Below, one piece after another: positions 60,926-64,000 of a DNA stretch of 64,000 bases; the stretch's first letter is position 1, and each line of letters starts with the position of its first letter. The position numbers and the translations under genes were made by a program. The stretch spans positions 1 to 64,000 of the forward strand of contig CAJVPI010000037.1 of assembly GCA_910592345.1 (NCBI GenBank), written 5' to 3'. Origin of the DNA: Paraglomus brasilianum (Eukaryota). The notes under the pieces were generated by a model that saw only the letters and a list, made by a program, of their open reading frames with translations, searched no databases and was not told the DNA's origin.

Positions 60926-61710
60926 GCGAAACAGAAGATCCAACATTAGCAGTGTCCCACTTTTTTCGTGTGGTAGTATCGAACCATCGCAAGAAGTGTT
61001 TAAAAATCTCATGCTAGAGTCAAATTCACGACTCGACATCACTCCAATAAATCTGATATCAATCGAAGCCACGAAATCTATATACGTCTATTCATACCTC
61101 TGCTTGCTGGAGCGAATAATTTCAAAGATGTATTCGAGGTCCGCCCTCAAAAAAATCTTTCTGGTCCGAATGGACATGGTCCTGTTGATTTCGCAGGCGT
61201 TGTTTTATGCATGTGTTTTACCGGTTTTACGCGTGTGTTTTATGCCGTTCGTTTTATGCGTTCCTTTTTTTCTTTAACTGGAATTCGGTTTGGTAAATTT
61301 TGTAGCGAAAGCCCCCCGGCAACATCGACTTGCGTCGAACGGCAAAAACTGTGGGAGTCGCTGAGGTTAAGAAGGATAATTTCGTCAAGGGAGTTACCCA
61401 ATGTGCGGTCCAGCTCGAGTCATCCTTGTCGAATCGTAAACGCAAGGCCAATGAGTTAGAAGAGAATCCGACAGTTGGAAAAGTTTTTGGGATAGTTACC
61501 GACGCTGGGAAATTTTATTTCATGGAATGCTCGCTAGATGAACAGGAACGGCCCGCATTCAAGTTATCGAAACCGGTGATCGTTGCGTATGATGATGTTG
61601 ACATGGAAGACAAGATAAAAAGGGTGTTTTCTCACATCGTATGGTTACTAGAAGAGATCCAAAAAGCGGACGAATTGGAAGGTGGAAATAAGAGAGTTAA
61701 GGTGAATTAG
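60926..61710 (+). pseudogene. Crinkler-like/restriction-endonuclease-fold effector family C-terminal domain, frameshifted and interrupted
   Basis: EATKSIYVYSYL, FEVRPQKNLSGPNGHGPVDFA [insert] IDLRRTAKTVGVAEVKKDNFVKGVTQCAVQLES and VFGIVTDAGKFYF give a PD-(D/E)xK-like D...ExK...Q pattern. No intact 5' end is seen. Confidence 0.65.
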
Positions 61711-62216
61711 CTTGTTGTGACTTGATTTTGTAATTACTCTATTTACTGTATTATTAATAAATCACTCTGCGCTGACGCAGATCCGGAAAGGTCAATCGTG
61801 TTATTGTGTGTTTCATTACCAGTATATTGATTATCTTCCGCGTACAAAAAAGCAACTAATGGGCGAGTTACATCCCGACCCTTAATAATTTGCCCAACAT
61901 GAATGATGTTTTGCGTTTGAATTCATAATGAAGCGACAAATTAGTTACTTAGGATTTCAGTACAGATAAACCGACTCATAATTGGATTCATTTTCGCTGG
62001 TTATTGTGATCGACACATGAGCGACAATTTTCGCATTCGCTAATGTTACATGTCATATTCTGTGTTTGTCTATAAAAAACGCGCTATAGAGCGAGCCGTA
62101 ACTTTATGTTCATCCTTTTGCCAATAAGCGCGAAATTACTCACAAATCTCTTTACAAACACTTCGCTACTATTCTATCAACGCAAAATCGCGAAAAAATC
62201 CTGCATTACATTCAAA

Positions 62217-62543
62217 ATGTTCTCATTCAAAGATATCTTACTACTCGTCGGAATCATGTTCTTCCAGACGATTTTTCTCTACTTTATTACCAGAAATAAT
62301 TCGCAAGAAGCCCAAAATCAAATTAATACAAAGATGACTTCCACCCTCAAAAAGCAACAAAAAAGTATCTCTGATCCATCCGAGACTGTGAAGCATCTTG
62401 GGTATGACATTCGTGAAGTCCGAGATGGGGTTGCGAGAAGTAGTAATGCCGGATCTGGCACGTCAAACCTCCATGCTCGTTTAACTGTTTTACTCTTCAA
62501 GGCCAACCATTTCAATCTGCACAATTATCTAGTTCTTGTTTGA
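62217..62543 (+). CDS. Hypothetical small protein with N-terminal hydrophobic segment
   Basis: MFSFKDILLLVGIMFFQTIFLYFI is followed by a hydrophilic coiled-coil-like stretch. A TATAAAA lies upstream at ~62071. No family is recognised. Confidence 0.35.
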   Translation: MFSFKDILLLVGIMFFQTIFLYFITRNNSQEAQNQINTKMTSTLKKQQKSISDPSETVKHLGYDIREVRDGVARSSNAGSGTSNLHARLTVLLFKANHFNLHNYLVLV

Positions 62544-63282
62544 CCATATTTTGTGCACAATCTCAACAATAAAATTTGTTGGTTTTTTCTTCAGTGTTAG
62601 GTACTGGAACTGAAAATTTACTTTCTTCTTTTGTATTTAGTCATGATTATTTTTTAAAATTTATTATTTTATTAAAAAAAGCAAAATAACTGTTTTAAAA
62701 AAATTTTTTAAATTATGATGAGAGCAGAGCATTAATATTGTGTTCAGAAATCTCATTAACAAGCTGAAATAGACAGTCAATTGTTTGTATTAAATTTTTC
62801 TGCCCAGATATATTTGCCTTTTGTTTTGTAATGGTACATCTTAATATTTATTATTTTTTGTTCTTCTTGATAAATTTAATAAGTGATTTTTTCTTTATGT
62901 AGATATTCCTCGAAAATTTTGGTATCATTGATTTTAAAACCATATGGAGCAGTTTTTCCTCCTTGAGCTTTCTTTAAAATGCTTCTAATAGTGCTGTAAT
63001 TCTTGGGTTCCATAGTGGATTTAGTAATTAGTTTCATATATTTATTTTTATAGACATGATCCTATATCGATATTAACATGGTCTTCACCGAGTTGAATGT
63101 TACTCATCATTACATTGTCATGACATAGTTCATGGGTTGTGCATGAGCCACAGCTGTGCCACTCTAGCAAAGCCTTCTCAAGACATCATCCACTACTTTA
63201 CATTTAGTGTCTGCTCAGCCACATCAGCCTCTTTTAGTTCACATGATCAAATGTTCACTTTGTCTGCAGTCTGCCCCAATTA

Positions 63283-64000
63283 CAGTCGAACCTCGTTATA
63301 CCGAAGTGTCAGGGGAGGCATCCACGATTCGGTATAACGAGACATTCGGTATAGTGAGGTACCTCTATGTAACGAAGTTATGCCTAAGGTCAAGCAATAT
63401 TCGGTATAATGAGACTTATGTGAATAATATCTTTACTTCAATTTACAATCAATAATACGTGAATATAATAAAACAGTTATACTGATCAGTAACAAATGAA
63501 TCTATTAGAGTTTGTTTTTGCTTTGCAGGACTATGCAATTCCGCCTTTCTCTTTAACGCACGAAAGGCTTTAAATCATCATAATTAATTTCTATGTTACC
63601 TTGTTGAAGAAAATATGGAAACTCACGTTGTAATTTGTTAATAAATTTCCAATTATATTTACGTCTCAACATTAAACGTATGACCGAAAATTACATGATT
63701 GAACAATATGTGCGAATATCATAAACATGTTTACTGAATTTAAAAAGATGACAGCTGATATCATACGATCAAAATATTGGCACACAAATATGACGGCTAA
63801 ATCGTACGATTAATATCAAATATCAGCGATTGCGAAATCGTATGATCCTCATCTGCTACAGCCAATCACTATTCTACATTTTTTATCACGTGATAAAACT
63901 TCGGTATAACGCGATTAGTGCAATATGTAAAAATCCAGCATCGCACTTCGGTAACGGTATAAAGCGATTTTACTATTAAATTCGTTATAAAGAGGGAATT
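63283..64000. mobile_element. pogo/Tc1-mariner-type non-autonomous element, left end; right end probably beyond the window
   Basis: TA at 63281-63282 is followed by CAGTCGAACCTCGTTATACCGAAG, a pogo-like TIR. Inverted sub-terminal copies of TTCGGTATAAC/TTCGGTATA occur at ~63328, 63346, 63400 and 63900. Confidence 0.7.

Overview
This is an AT-rich, intron-containing eukaryotic window from a fungus. The expanded tyrosine-kinase-like kinases, a Crinkler-like nuclease relic and the transposon types suggest Glomeromycota/Mucoromycota, but that is inference. Intact-looking spliced genes are: the 3' end of a TKL kinase, succinyl-CoA ligase beta, a kinase with an N-terminal MLKL/HeLo-like helical region, alkaline phosphatase (PHO8-like), RPA14/RFA3, a neurobeachin-like BEACH-WD40 protein, a PQ-loop transporter, COA1, NUP120/160, a basic disordered ORF, a group II PLP decarboxylase, trifunctional FOL1 and a Bin3/MEPCE methyltransferase. 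Between them lie decayed elements: a P450 pseudogene, PIF/Harbinger, Sola-like and pogo-like transposon relics, and possible HMG-box and Crinkler-like pseudogenes. The most unusual feature is a frameshifted geminivirus/genomovirus-like rolling-circle Rep fragment at about 8961-9339, with motifs I, II, GRS and III. Its two flanks reappear joined together as an 'empty site' about 0.8 kb downstream (10137-10195). All gene boundaries were read by eye, and no database searches were run.
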